This document shows positions 9,196 through 18,917 of a DNA stretch of 64,000 nucleotides, one piece after another; position 1 is the stretch's first letter, and each line of letters opens with the position of its first letter. The notes under the pieces were generated by a model. The model saw only the letters and a list, made by a program, of their open reading frames with translations. It ran no database searches and was not told the DNA's origin. Made by a program: the position numbers and the translations under genes. The stretch spans positions 1-64,000 of IMG/VR virus record IMGVR_UViG_3300030329_006583. One strand, 5' to 3'.

Positions 9196-9774
9196 TTACT
9201 TAGACTTGTGAATCACCGCCTGTTTAGCCTGCTGAAGGACTAGTGCCAATGAGGGTTCATGGCTAACATAAAAACGATTTTCCTCAAAGTGAGAACCGGA
9301 TGCCAATTGAATTGCCAACCACTCATCTTTAGTTAATTTAACCCCAAATTGCTGAAGGAGGAAAAGTGTTCGATGTGAAACAGACATTTTGTTGAGTTCT
9401 TCATTGTATTTATAATACTGGCCCAATTTATCCCGATGCCAATCTGAGTCTTGTTCCACAAAATAATCAAGTTCCAAATCACCAACCTTCCCTATTTCAT
9501 GCAACAAACCAACTTTAAGGATGGAAGCAACGGGAATTTTTAAATCATATGTTTTAGCCAAAGATCTCATTAAAGCCGTCACCTCCAAGGCATGTTCAAT
9601 CACACCCCCTGGATAGCACCCATATTGATCATTACGAGGTGAAGCAGGACATGCAACCAACCTCTGGCCTAGGCCTTCTAGAAGTAAATTCAAACCATCA
9701 TCACTAAGTCGCTTACATAGCTTTTCAAATTGATTCCAATTTTTTTCAATTTGTCCAATAGTATCTTCAGACAC
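9196..9774 (-). CDS. HD-superfamily (YhaM-like) protein, apparently degenerate
   Basis: PAS...YPGGVIEHALEV and LLHEIGKVG (HD to HE); later metal ligands not evident; GGAGGTG SD. Confidence 0.75.
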   Translation of the reverse strand: MSEDTIGQIEKNWNQFEKLCKRLSDDGLNLLLEGLGQRLVACPASPRNDQYGCYPGGVIEHALEVTALMRSLAKTYDLKIPVASILKVGLLHEIGKVGDLELDYFVEQDSDWHRDKLGQYYKYNEELNKMSVSHRTLFLLQQFGVKLTKDEWLAIQLASGSHFEENRFYVSHEPSLALVLQQAKQAVIHKSK

Positions 9775-9795
9775 ACATCACCTCCGATATGATTA

Positions 9796-9824
9796 ATCAT
9801 ACCCAGCATTAATAAAAATGTACA
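9796..9824 (-). promoter_or_regulatory. Sigma70-type promoter for the HD gene
   Basis: TGTACA (9824-9819), 17 nt, TATGAT (9801-9796). Confidence 0.5.
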
Positions 9825-9825
9825 G

Positions 9826-10398
9826 TTATTCTGAGGATTTGTTTTGTTTGTTTTGCTTGGGCTTTTTCTTGGCCTTGGGTTTATTCCAACTAAATGGTTT
9901 TGGTGAAGCATAAACCAATAATGAGTTACCAACAATCTCCGATTGCACTGCATCATCAAAACGCAAAATGCCGGCATTTTTTGCGCCCCTCAATGTTTCC
10001 CTTACAAAAACCAGCGAATCCCTTGCCGGCATTTCTCCGGTTAGGGATATCCTCACCCCTTTTCGACCATAACGATCCTGGCGTTCATGGGTGTCCTTAT
10101 AAACATTCTCCATGGCGTCATTGCCTTCAATGGCTTGTGATAATAAATCAACCAACATTTCATGCTTATTATCACCACCGGCAGACTTAATGCCCAAATT
10201 CTTCATTAAGGCCATTGGATCTGAGTCAGAAAGTGCCTTTAATCCAGCCAACTCTTTTTTATAGCGGCCTGGCCCAGGACCCGTTGTTTGTTCTGTTTCT
10301 GAAGAAATAGTAATATTGGCAGGAGTTTCTTTATTTTCACCTTCTTGTTCAAGTAAAATATGGGCAATATGCCTTCTAACAAATTCTTCCATTTTCAT
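9826..10398 (-). CDS. Hypothetical protein
   Basis: 190 aa; GGGAGG SD; basic C-terminus; no family recognised. Confidence 0.65.
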   Translation of the reverse strand: MKMEEFVRRHIAHILLEQEGENKETPANITISSETEQTTGPGPGRYKKELAGLKALSDSDPMALMKNLGIKSAGGDNKHEMLVDLLSQAIEGNDAMENVYKDTHERQDRYGRKGVRISLTGEMPARDSLVFVRETLRGAKNAGILRFDDAVQSEIVGNSLLVYASPKPFSWNKPKAKKKPKQNKQNKSSE

Positions 10399-10432
10399 TT
10401 AAACATTCCTCCCATTAATTTAATTAGGTTAC

Positions 10433-11632
10433 CTAAGACGAAATAGTCTCCAGGCTTAATGGAAAATTTCCTAAATTGTCAATATTTACCCCTTTATTAC
10501 ACAAATTTTCCAAGGTGGCAATATCCTCATTTTTTACCTCCATTATCAAAGCATCATGTAATAAAAAATACGGTAGAACTTCTATATTTTCTCGCGTTAA
10601 TATATTCAATAAATTATGAAATCCACAAATTGATGCATCCACGGCAGTGGATTGTATATAGTGATTATATAAAACATGTTCACTAGGTTTTTCATCATAT
10701 ATGATAGGACGCCCAAAATAATTGGTGATTCGTTGCTGCTTTTCCCAAGAATCTTTTAATTCTGCGTTGCGATGTGGGATATTAAAATATTTTTTAATTT
10801 TGTTGACAATTTCCACGGCATTTGAAGATGGCATTAATTTTTGTAATTTCCCAATCGATACCCCATATAAACCACACAAGGTAGCCAATTTAACCTGAGA
10901 TCTGGTAACATTGCCACCAAATATTTCATCCTTTAAATATGCATATACATCATCCTGCTGAATATTCTTGGATGCTGTCAACAAGGCAATGCGAGGTTCC
11001 AAGGAAATAAAATCAACCTGAACCACCTGTGAACCTGAATTGCGAGAAACAATTACCGATCTATATTTCGATGGTAATGTTAAAATTTGAGGACCTTTCT
11101 TTATGACTGCCCTGCCTGTGATGGTTTTGCAATAATCATAATAAGGTACATCAGGGGTTCCTTCAAACGTCTTTAAAGATGACGCCGGTGAAGCGGAAGA
11201 TTCATCGTTTAAAAAAGATTGTAATTTTTTATTGTCAATGGTGGCCGGCACTAATCGACCGACCAAATCAAATATTAGGCCATGCGTTTGTAAATAATTT
11301 GAGTCTTTTAAAGTAGTATATAATTCACATAATTGTTTCAATATAATTTTTAAATTTTTCTCATATAGTGTAGATGGCATTACATAATTCCACCTTATAT
11401 CTGACGGCTTACCCCAAATTAATTTTGCAGCACGTTGATATTTTATAGGTACCAATTGAGATATGTCGTATTTAAAGATTTTAGCCGCACCTTCCAACCC
11501 AGGTTGGTTACCCTTGTACCCCCAACCCCAACTACCTTCAGGCCTGTTATTAACCCATTGGTAGGTTAAACATTCTGGATCTACCAAGAGATGTTTTTCG
11601 GTGCCCAGATAAGATCTATCTAAACAAATCAT
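10433..11632 (-). CDS. polA: Minimal family-A DNA polymerase (polymerase domain only)
   Basis: KTITGR...PQILTLP, motif A VDFISLEPRI, motif B RSQVKLATLCGLYG, TNYFGRP, NHYIQSTAVD, motif C LLHDAL; only 399 aa; no exonuclease motifs seen. Confidence 0.8.
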   Translation of the reverse strand: MICLDRSYLGTEKHLLVDPECLTYQWVNNRPEGSWGWGYKGNQPGLEGAAKIFKYDISQLVPIKYQRAAKLIWGKPSDIRWNYVMPSTLYEKNLKIILKQLCELYTTLKDSNYLQTHGLIFDLVGRLVPATIDNKKLQSFLNDESSASPASSLKTFEGTPDVPYYDYCKTITGRAVIKKGPQILTLPSKYRSVIVSRNSGSQVVQVDFISLEPRIALLTASKNIQQDDVYAYLKDEIFGGNVTRSQVKLATLCGLYGVSIGKLQKLMPSSNAVEIVNKIKKYFNIPHRNAELKDSWEKQQRITNYFGRPIIYDEKPSEHVLYNHYIQSTAVDASICGFHNLLNILTRENIEVLPYFLLHDALIMEVKNEDIATLENLCNKGVNIDNLGNFPLSLETISS

Positions 11633-11665
11633 ATTTAAATATATTAATTGCGCCTAGATGTACAA

Positions 11666-14600
11666 CTATTGGGATGTCTCACCTTCACCCAATTTAGATA
11701 AAGCAAACATTGCATCCTGTATTGTTTGTGCCAGCGTGCTCCAACTTCCGTACGCCTCTACATTAAGTAACTCAAGTGATGTTGTAAACTGACCATTTTG
11801 AATACTATGGTTAACGCTAGTAACTGCATAAACGCCGTCCGCTGTGGTGCCCGTACCAAAATCTATAAAAAACCTTTGCCCCGCCGACACTAAAGGACAT
11901 CCCATTGTGGACAAACTCAATTTAAGAGGCAATATCTGGAGTGGCACACCTCCCCCAAAATTTCCCATAGGTTTAGATAGCGAATGGCCACCTGTGTCCT
12001 GCATTGACAATGCCGCCATTTTTCCATCATTCATAGTAGATAATTTTGCATCAATAATTGCAGTTGCATTACTGCCATAAATCAAACTAGGCATATTGTA
12101 GGATACCCATCTTTTCACAGCCGCAAGATTACCTTTTAATTGATAGGGAACATTACTTACTTCCGTTGGTTGACCTTGAACATCCAGGCTCGTTTTATAT
12201 CCCTCAATAATACCCACATCCTTTGCCATAGATAGGGCATTATTAAACGCTTCAGCGTGATTTGATGGATCATTTTTAGTTTGTGATGCAGCTGTCCCAA
12301 TTACACCCATTGTGGAATCCATGGCTGCCTGTAATATTTGTTCAATTGCAAGTTGCCCGTTGCATTGGGCATCATAAATATGAACCCTTACTAATGCCCT
12401 GGGTTCTGGATTTTCTGATTCATCATCTTTATTTTCCCTTAATTGTACCGTTTCAATTTTGTATTGTAACTGAGGTTGTTTAAACACTAAATTTTCTTTA
12501 GCATTTTCATTTTCAGGAGTTGCTGTTCCATAGGCGTCTGCCAATGCCCGCTTTTTGACATTGTGCACCACGGTATCGTCTTCCTGGGCCTTTTTATTAA
12601 GAGAATAGGAACCCTTCTTTTTGTCAAACGCATAAGGGCTATTAAACCCATATGGAAAATCAGCTGCAGCGCTCACAAAATACGTGCGTAATATGGACAT
12701 CAACCGGCTTACCGGTATATCTAACCCGCCCTTACCGGCTTTAGATAAAAGAAACTTAAATCTCTCAAGGTGAATAGGATATTGGGCCAAATTAAAATTT
12801 CTTACATAACTAGCCTTGGCATTTAATGAATAAAAAATCAATTGAACCTCTGAATACTGACCCAATCCAGCCATACTGGAACCCAAATATGTCAACAATA
12901 TTTTACCTAAAGAAACATAACGAGGAGAATGGCTCGTGGTGGAAATGGGCGGATCTATTATTTTTTGTTCACTCTCAATAGGTTTTAAAAAAGGATCATA
13001 CCCATTTAACAAACCTGCTTTGGCAGCCATCAATTCAGCCACTGTATTGCGATAACTGTTGAGCTCTGCTTCTGCCATAACTGTCTTTTTTACAACCGTA
13101 GCCTTCTTTTTATTCCAAATTTTTGTCCTTGTTTTTTTACCAAAAAGTTGCTCCAATAACTCACGCAATTTTGCCACATCAGTATCTTGGGGTTTGGAGG
13201 CCAAAAATTTCATAAGTTCTTGATTGGCCATAACATTTGTGGCCAGCGCGGCAGAAGTGGACGCTGCAACATTTAACCATTGTTTGCTAGCAATTGATTT
13301 TGCAACATCATCACCGGTCCCCATGATATATTTGCGTGTTCTATTAATCGCGGTGATGATATTATCGACTGCCTTGGTCGCTTGTTGGAATGCTGGGTTT
13401 CCATCGCTTAAAGTCATGCTTAAAGCACGTGCCGCTGAGGAGGACACTAAAGAAAGATTGATATTAACGCTGCCATCTTTTTCAAAATTATATGTAGAAT
13501 TAGAAACAATATACATTTGTTCCGAATTACACCCATTTAAAAATGTTGCGTATAAATTATCGGCACCCACATTATGACCTGCAACTTTGGCTATAGCCAT
13601 TTTAGGATCATTTGTTCCACTGGCACCTGCAGGATGCGACCACCCAAATTTAATCAATAATTGTGTATCATTATAAACACCGGGTTTGATCAAAGGCGTC
13701 AATAGGTGAAGCCTTGAGCGATCATAACAGGTGATGCTTAATTCACCGGTCATTATTTTCATCTGCAAATCGCGAGACTGCACACCAATTTTAAAGGAAT
13801 TAATTCCCGCCAATGGCCTAAACCTATCAATTATCGGAACAGGCCTAGAACCACCACCCGGCGGGAGATCGTCACCTGCGGTGCTGGTTGCTGGGTTTGA
13901 TGATGCACCCATAGGCGACAAGCTATCTGACATTTCCACGTAAGGTGTGGCGGACGTCATAGTCTGTGGGCTTAAAAACATTTCCATACCAGCAGTAGAA
14001 AATGAATACCCTCTCTCGTCACCCTTATAATCAATACCGACGGAGGCATTTTGTTCGTATGCAAATAAAGAATCCAGGATTTTTACATCAGCAGCGGTGG
14101 AAATTAAAAAATCAGGGGTAGTAGTATCTTTGATTTTTATTGACCCCAATATATCCTTTGTAATACCCATAGCCACCAGGCGATTATCGTGATTCAAGGG
14201 TTGGTGTGGCGTTATAATGGAAATATCCAACATGGGTTGGCACCGACTCATTTCCAGGGTTGGAATAGCATTCATAAACACCTGGGTGGCACCGGTGAGA
14301 TTTGAGCTAGGAGTCATCCTGCAATCAAACACTTGAATAACAGATAATTTTGGTGAGGTCGCTGAAGCGGGTGCTGTAGGTGTTTTATTAATATTGGAAC
14401 TAGTCTCGCTCTGTTGGGTTGCCACGTCGCCAAGCTGTTGCCGAATTGAAACTACCTCAAACTCGCCTGGACTTCCTTGGGTGGGGGTTTTTCCTTTCCG
14501 ACCCATTGGTTGAGTTCCTTGCTGATAATCCTCACTCTCCACCCCAACGTCGTTAGGTATATGTGCCCTGGTTATCGCTTTTGATGCCGCAAGCGATGAA

Positions 14601-14914
14601 GGAATCCCTGCTTCCTCATATGTTATTTTAATTTTTTCTTCAATTAACGCCTTTGCTTTCTCCTTATCGGCATTACTAAGATAATCTTCTAATTTTTTTA
14701 ATATTAAAGAAACACCAGGTCCTGATGCTGAACCCTGCAATTCCATTATTATGGAATCAAGTTCGGGATCGGTTGTAGGTTCAAATACAGCCGATGTAAC
14801 TGTACCTGGGTTCGCTTCCTGTAAACGCCCTAAAAACTGTTGTTGATCGCCGGTAGAAGGTATACCATAATAACCTCCCAACAATTTGGTTGCGTTATCC
14901 CATGGTGTGCTCAT
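11666..14914 (-). CDS. Large baseplate hub-like protein (gp27/GpD/VgrG-N type, inferred)
   Basis: 1082 aa, directly downstream of the LysM gene; C-terminal MGCPLVSAGQRFFIDF...GVYAVTSVNHSIQNGQFTTSLEL pattern typical of hub proteins. Confidence 0.55.
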   Translation of the reverse strand: MSTPWDNATKLLGGYYGIPSTGDQQQFLGRLQEANPGTVTSAVFEPTTDPELDSIIMELQGSASGPGVSLILKKLEDYLSNADKEKAKALIEEKIKITYEEAGIPSSLAASKAITRAHIPNDVGVESEDYQQGTQPMGRKGKTPTQGSPGEFEVVSIRQQLGDVATQQSETSSNINKTPTAPASATSPKLSVIQVFDCRMTPSSNLTGATQVFMNAIPTLEMSRCQPMLDISIITPHQPLNHDNRLVAMGITKDILGSIKIKDTTTPDFLISTAADVKILDSLFAYEQNASVGIDYKGDERGYSFSTAGMEMFLSPQTMTSATPYVEMSDSLSPMGASSNPATSTAGDDLPPGGGSRPVPIIDRFRPLAGINSFKIGVQSRDLQMKIMTGELSITCYDRSRLHLLTPLIKPGVYNDTQLLIKFGWSHPAGASGTNDPKMAIAKVAGHNVGADNLYATFLNGCNSEQMYIVSNSTYNFEKDGSVNINLSLVSSSAARALSMTLSDGNPAFQQATKAVDNIITAINRTRKYIMGTGDDVAKSIASKQWLNVAASTSAALATNVMANQELMKFLASKPQDTDVAKLRELLEQLFGKKTRTKIWNKKKATVVKKTVMAEAELNSYRNTVAELMAAKAGLLNGYDPFLKPIESEQKIIDPPISTTSHSPRYVSLGKILLTYLGSSMAGLGQYSEVQLIFYSLNAKASYVRNFNLAQYPIHLERFKFLLSKAGKGGLDIPVSRLMSILRTYFVSAAADFPYGFNSPYAFDKKKGSYSLNKKAQEDDTVVHNVKKRALADAYGTATPENENAKENLVFKQPQLQYKIETVQLRENKDDESENPEPRALVRVHIYDAQCNGQLAIEQILQAAMDSTMGVIGTAASQTKNDPSNHAEAFNNALSMAKDVGIIEGYKTSLDVQGQPTEVSNVPYQLKGNLAAVKRWVSYNMPSLIYGSNATAIIDAKLSTMNDGKMAALSMQDTGGHSLSKPMGNFGGGVPLQILPLKLSLSTMGCPLVSAGQRFFIDFGTGTTADGVYAVTSVNHSIQNGQFTTSLELLNVEAYGSWSTLAQTIQDAMFALSKLGEGETSQ

Positions 14915-15207
14915 CCCACCAACCCTTCAACTTGTGAAATATTGTCTGGAATTGTTAACACAATTCCGGGAGGTACCTGAATCCCCCACCCGATACCGCT
15001 AGCGGCGGCAATCACCCACCAATACCTGCCATTACCATAATACTTACCGGCGAGTTGATCTAGGCGATCACCTTCTTTTGTCACATATTCACTAGTGCTA
15101 AGCCTACCTTCTTGTGCGGCTTTATAAAGTGGCCACATGGAACGTTGTGTACCATAATGGTGTCCCATTGCTAAACGGCTGGTTTTATTATACCTGCTAA
15201 ATGCCAT
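14911..15207 (-). CDS. LysM-like baseplate protein (T4 gp53 / P2 gpX type)
   Basis: YVTKEGDRLDQLAGKYYGNGRYWWVIAAAS...PPGIVLTIP. Confidence 0.8.
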   Translation of the reverse strand: MAFSRYNKTSRLAMGHHYGTQRSMWPLYKAAQEGRLSTSEYVTKEGDRLDQLAGKYYGNGRYWWVIAAASGIGWGIQVPPGIVLTIPDNISQVEGLVG

Positions 15208-15222
15208 GATTTATTCTCCCGT

Positions 15223-18200
15223 TTAATCTTCTTCAATACTAGGATCGGCAATACCCCGGCTTCGATTAATGGCCCTCAAGGCCTTGTCTTTATATTCTTT
15301 GTCGTATACGCTACCATGTAAATCTTTCACGACAGAACCAACTGAATGTGTTGGGGCACGAAGTGATCCATCACTAGCCAAGCCTGGAGTGATATCATGA
15401 ATCACATTAAAGGTTAAATCCACAGTTGTCCAGATAGGTGCCTTGGCACCAAACTCGTCGCCCCATGGAGCATCATTGTAACCGAAGGCCAGGCTTGTTA
15501 CCGCTCCCGCCAAACCTTTACCCATGGTTGACTCAAAAGATCTCACAATTGGGTTTGGTGTACCACCTTCTGATTCTGCCTCCTTACCGGCAAAAAATTT
15601 CTTCAATAACCCAATATTCACAGAAGAATTTAATTCTGCTGATTCACTGGCTTTATCAAAAGCAGTTGCATAAAGGGATGCTTCATCAATACTAATATTA
15701 ACCTTCTTGGGATCCAATTCGATCTCTACTTCTTCTTCATCGCCTGAAGGTAATTTAAACGAGACCTTGTATTTCATATTACCGGCTGCCAACAACAATG
15801 GGGACGCCTCATCATCCGTGTCAAACACTTTGGCGCCGATGACTTTATGAGCCTCCTTACTCAGGGAGATACCTATGTTGTCCTCACCTTTTCTGGGTAT
15901 GTTGTCCTTAACTTTGAAAAGAGTACCTGCCCGGATTTTATTGATAACCCGTGGTGAAGGGTTAGGTGTTGTAGTGGTATTATTTGTCACCTTGACGCTT
16001 TTAATGTCCTGATTTAATCGTATTCTCAGTTTTTTCATATCAGTGGGAATTGTTCCTGCATCTGGGCCGTTGCCGGCGCCAATTTGTGTTTTAATCCCAA
16101 TTATTTCTTGTGCAATACCTTCCTCCAATCCTTCTATCCCCTGGGTAATCTCATCAGCTGTCGCACTATTTCCAAATGTAGATAAAACATTTGCATCACC
16201 AAGCCCAAATAATCGACTTAAACCAAACCGGGAATAATTGGATGATACCAAATCACCGATCCTTAACCTAATTATTGGTGAAGCTGTCGGAATTTGAGAA
16301 AAGGGCATCCTAAACCTTTCGCCGCTATTGGGCCCCTGCACCATAGTTCCTGGTGACCATTGAGGATATATCATGCTCACCAGCTTGTTTACTTTATACC
16401 ACATCCCAGCCTGATCAACTGGGTTCGTGGAAGCAATCACAAATGACAATGAAAGTTGACGCGTTGTTTTCTGGAGGGTCATCACATCATCCATCCTGCC
16501 ATAGGCATCATAAGTTCCCCATGTGGGATTAAATGTTTCATTTAAATTGGTGATAAAAGCATGAAAAGATAATATTTCATTAGTCCGTAAATCATGAAAG
16601 TAAAATGGGCAAAATTCACCGTCAAGATAAGCTTCCATCCTTTTAACCAAAGCAGGATCTATGATGCCATTATTGCTGGTGGCCAACCCACCAGTGGTGC
16701 GCACATCGCCTTTATCATCATCTTCACTAAATTTGGTAAGCCCAAGACCTGCCATCAATGATGCACCAACCCCACCTGATATTTTACCGGAACCCTTTAT
16801 GTCGGCCAGTTTATAAAATGCGGTGGCAGTTTGAAGGCCACGTGGCAATAGCATCAATGAAAGAGCTTGATTACCACCCCACGCCAATTGATCGTTACCT
16901 CCACGTACCCTGGATTTTGCCAACCTATTCGCCGGTGCGGGAGGCAGGGCATTGGGATTTGTTGCATGCGGTGAAAAATAGAGGTTATCAGCATCAAGAG
17001 CCCTGTCACCCAAGGTAGCCATCACCATCACCCAACGCCACGTAGTAGAATTGACAATGGAACTCACCAAACCAAGGAGACCGCCTTGCGGGCCACCTAA
17101 AAGACCGGTCATGTCTCCCCATGCGCTTTCAATTTGGGCTGTATCACGCATAACACTTCTCATCACGCTGGCATAATACCCAGACGAAAGAAGCAGGTTT
17201 TCAGCCATGGACACTATGTTAGCCCCCAACCCTGCCACAATAAAAGTTGCAGCAGCGCCCCCACCCGGGAAAAGTGAACTTAATCCGTTCCTGCCAAACC
17301 CAAAGAAAAGTTCAATTCCACGCACGATACACCCTTCCCATGCATGATGAGTATCCGGTATACCTAACATCTTCAAGAACTTTGTCATCAAACCGGCAAA
17401 AAGACCACCGCCGGTGCTTTTATCTACCGGGGCATGTTGACCCGGGTAACCATCCCACGTAGAAGGCCTGTTACCCATTGGATTGATTCCGTTATCAGTA
17501 CCTATGGTTCCCTCCCCCAATGACGAGAAATCACCACTACCGCCAAACAAGCCTCCGATAGCCGCCGGCCCAGCAATAAGGAGTTGAATAAATTGTGCAA
17601 ACAACCACATTTGTGCCAGAGATGTGGCAGCTAACACCACCATACCTGCGGGAAATGGCCCATCAAAAGGTTCGGCCGGTGAATTGAGTTGACCAAAACT
17701 TTTGGCACCTTCTCCCACAATTTCAGAATTGGGAATCTGGAACTTGCCATCAGGACCAAACATCTCCAATCCCGTGGCTACCCCCAAAGGTAATACACCG
17801 TCAGCCCCATAAATGTCTACCTGGGTATGACCTTCCTGAACATTTGTTACATCAGTCAAGCCGTCGCTATCACCTAAACCAGTATTGGCATGACCTGTAG
17901 CATTTTGCATCATTCGCATAGCCAAATCCTGGAAATCTTGTAGCGTTGCTGCATGTAATGCATCAGAAGAAGAATATTTTCCCAATTCGCCCTGATTATA
18001 ATATAATATCGGTGAATCATCCTGTGATTTAAGTTGGTTTCCATCATCAATAAACGGTGTCTGACCGGAGGGATTAAATCGATTATATTGTAGGACAGTA
18101 CTAATATTTTCCTGTATCTTTTTTGCACCCTCGGGAAGGTCATACTGTTTTTGACCTAATAACCCACCACCCGGGGCCTGGCCGCGGTACCCACCCACTG

Positions 18201-18645
18201 GCACAAAATCTGCCAATGAAGTATTATTTGAAATATTTCGTTCAGATTTATTTATTAAAGCATCTGCATCTTCATTATTTGGGGGCCACTCGGCGCCAGG
18301 TTCCACCATGCGATTGTAACTGAAATCTGGCCCCTCGGTAGTAAAATTGTTTTGCGCTTCGGAAGGGATATTACCTAAAAATGTATCCAGGTCAGCCACA
18401 CCTGCGCCGCCGGTTTGAATAGGTGGTGTCGTTGCCGAATTGGTATTATAATCCGGTGAGGGAACATTGGCCTTGGGATCATAACTTACCTTGAAAGTGT
18501 TTGGGCTATCGCCAATTATTTTATTAAGATAATCACCCAAGGTATTCTTGGTTTCCTCAGTAAAATCTGTGGATGGTGGATCAAAGGTGGCTTTTCCATC
18601 CTTGTCCTTTGTATCTAATACCACATATTTTTTATTGTCCGCCAT
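15223..18645 (-). CDS. Baseplate / tail-tube-initiator-like protein with large extensions
   Basis: 1140 aa between tape measure and LysM gene; core PFYFHDLRTNEILSFHAF...YGRMDDV...TTRQLSLSF resembles tube-fold baseplate proteins; Gly-rich hydrophobic middle. Confidence 0.55.
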   Translation of the reverse strand: MADNKKYVVLDTKDKDGKATFDPPSTDFTEETKNTLGDYLNKIIGDSPNTFKVSYDPKANVPSPDYNTNSATTPPIQTGGAGVADLDTFLGNIPSEAQNNFTTEGPDFSYNRMVEPGAEWPPNNEDADALINKSERNISNNTSLADFVPVGGYRGQAPGGGLLGQKQYDLPEGAKKIQENISTVLQYNRFNPSGQTPFIDDGNQLKSQDDSPILYYNQGELGKYSSSDALHAATLQDFQDLAMRMMQNATGHANTGLGDSDGLTDVTNVQEGHTQVDIYGADGVLPLGVATGLEMFGPDGKFQIPNSEIVGEGAKSFGQLNSPAEPFDGPFPAGMVVLAATSLAQMWLFAQFIQLLIAGPAAIGGLFGGSGDFSSLGEGTIGTDNGINPMGNRPSTWDGYPGQHAPVDKSTGGGLFAGLMTKFLKMLGIPDTHHAWEGCIVRGIELFFGFGRNGLSSLFPGGGAAATFIVAGLGANIVSMAENLLLSSGYYASVMRSVMRDTAQIESAWGDMTGLLGGPQGGLLGLVSSIVNSTTWRWVMVMATLGDRALDADNLYFSPHATNPNALPPAPANRLAKSRVRGGNDQLAWGGNQALSLMLLPRGLQTATAFYKLADIKGSGKISGGVGASLMAGLGLTKFSEDDDKGDVRTTGGLATSNNGIIDPALVKRMEAYLDGEFCPFYFHDLRTNEILSFHAFITNLNETFNPTWGTYDAYGRMDDVMTLQKTTRQLSLSFVIASTNPVDQAGMWYKVNKLVSMIYPQWSPGTMVQGPNSGERFRMPFSQIPTASPIIRLRIGDLVSSNYSRFGLSRLFGLGDANVLSTFGNSATADEITQGIEGLEEGIAQEIIGIKTQIGAGNGPDAGTIPTDMKKLRIRLNQDIKSVKVTNNTTTTPNPSPRVINKIRAGTLFKVKDNIPRKGEDNIGISLSKEAHKVIGAKVFDTDDEASPLLLAAGNMKYKVSFKLPSGDEEEVEIELDPKKVNISIDEASLYATAFDKASESAELNSSVNIGLLKKFFAGKEAESEGGTPNPIVRSFESTMGKGLAGAVTSLAFGYNDAPWGDEFGAKAPIWTTVDLTFNVIHDITPGLASDGSLRAPTHSVGSVVKDLHGSVYDKEYKDKALRAINRSRGIADPSIEED

Positions 18646-18663
18646 CCTGCTTCATCCCCAATT

Positions 18664-18891
18664 TTATTTGCTAAAATTTCGTTTAAATTCCTCTATTTCT
18701 TTCGGGCTCATTTTGCTTAATGCATGTGCAGCTTCACTCAATATATGTGACATATGACGAACCCGTTTTTCTAGAAACTCTGCCTCTGCTTCATTTAGAT
18801 TTTCCTTAAGCCCGTCTAGCACACCTTGATTTTTCATCAAAGTATAAAGATAAGAATTGCTGTTTTCAGGTTTTTTGTTTTTGTCACTCAT
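18664..18891 (-). CDS. Hypothetical protein
   Basis: 75 aa; AGGAG SD; fills the gap between tape measure and baseplate genes. Confidence 0.6.
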   Translation of the reverse strand: MSDKNKKPENSNSYLYTLMKNQGVLDGLKENLNEAEAEFLEKRVRHMSHILSEAAHALSKMSPKEIEEFKRNFSK

Positions 18892-18917
18892 AATTTCTCC
18901 TAAGATCTCACACTATA

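Noticed and set aside
9196-11632. HD protein plus family-A polymerase as a DatZ/DpoZ (2-aminoadenine genome) module
   Set aside because: The HD protein has YhaM-type motifs and appears to lack metal ligands, the polymerase lacks proofreading, and no PurZ-like gene is in the window.
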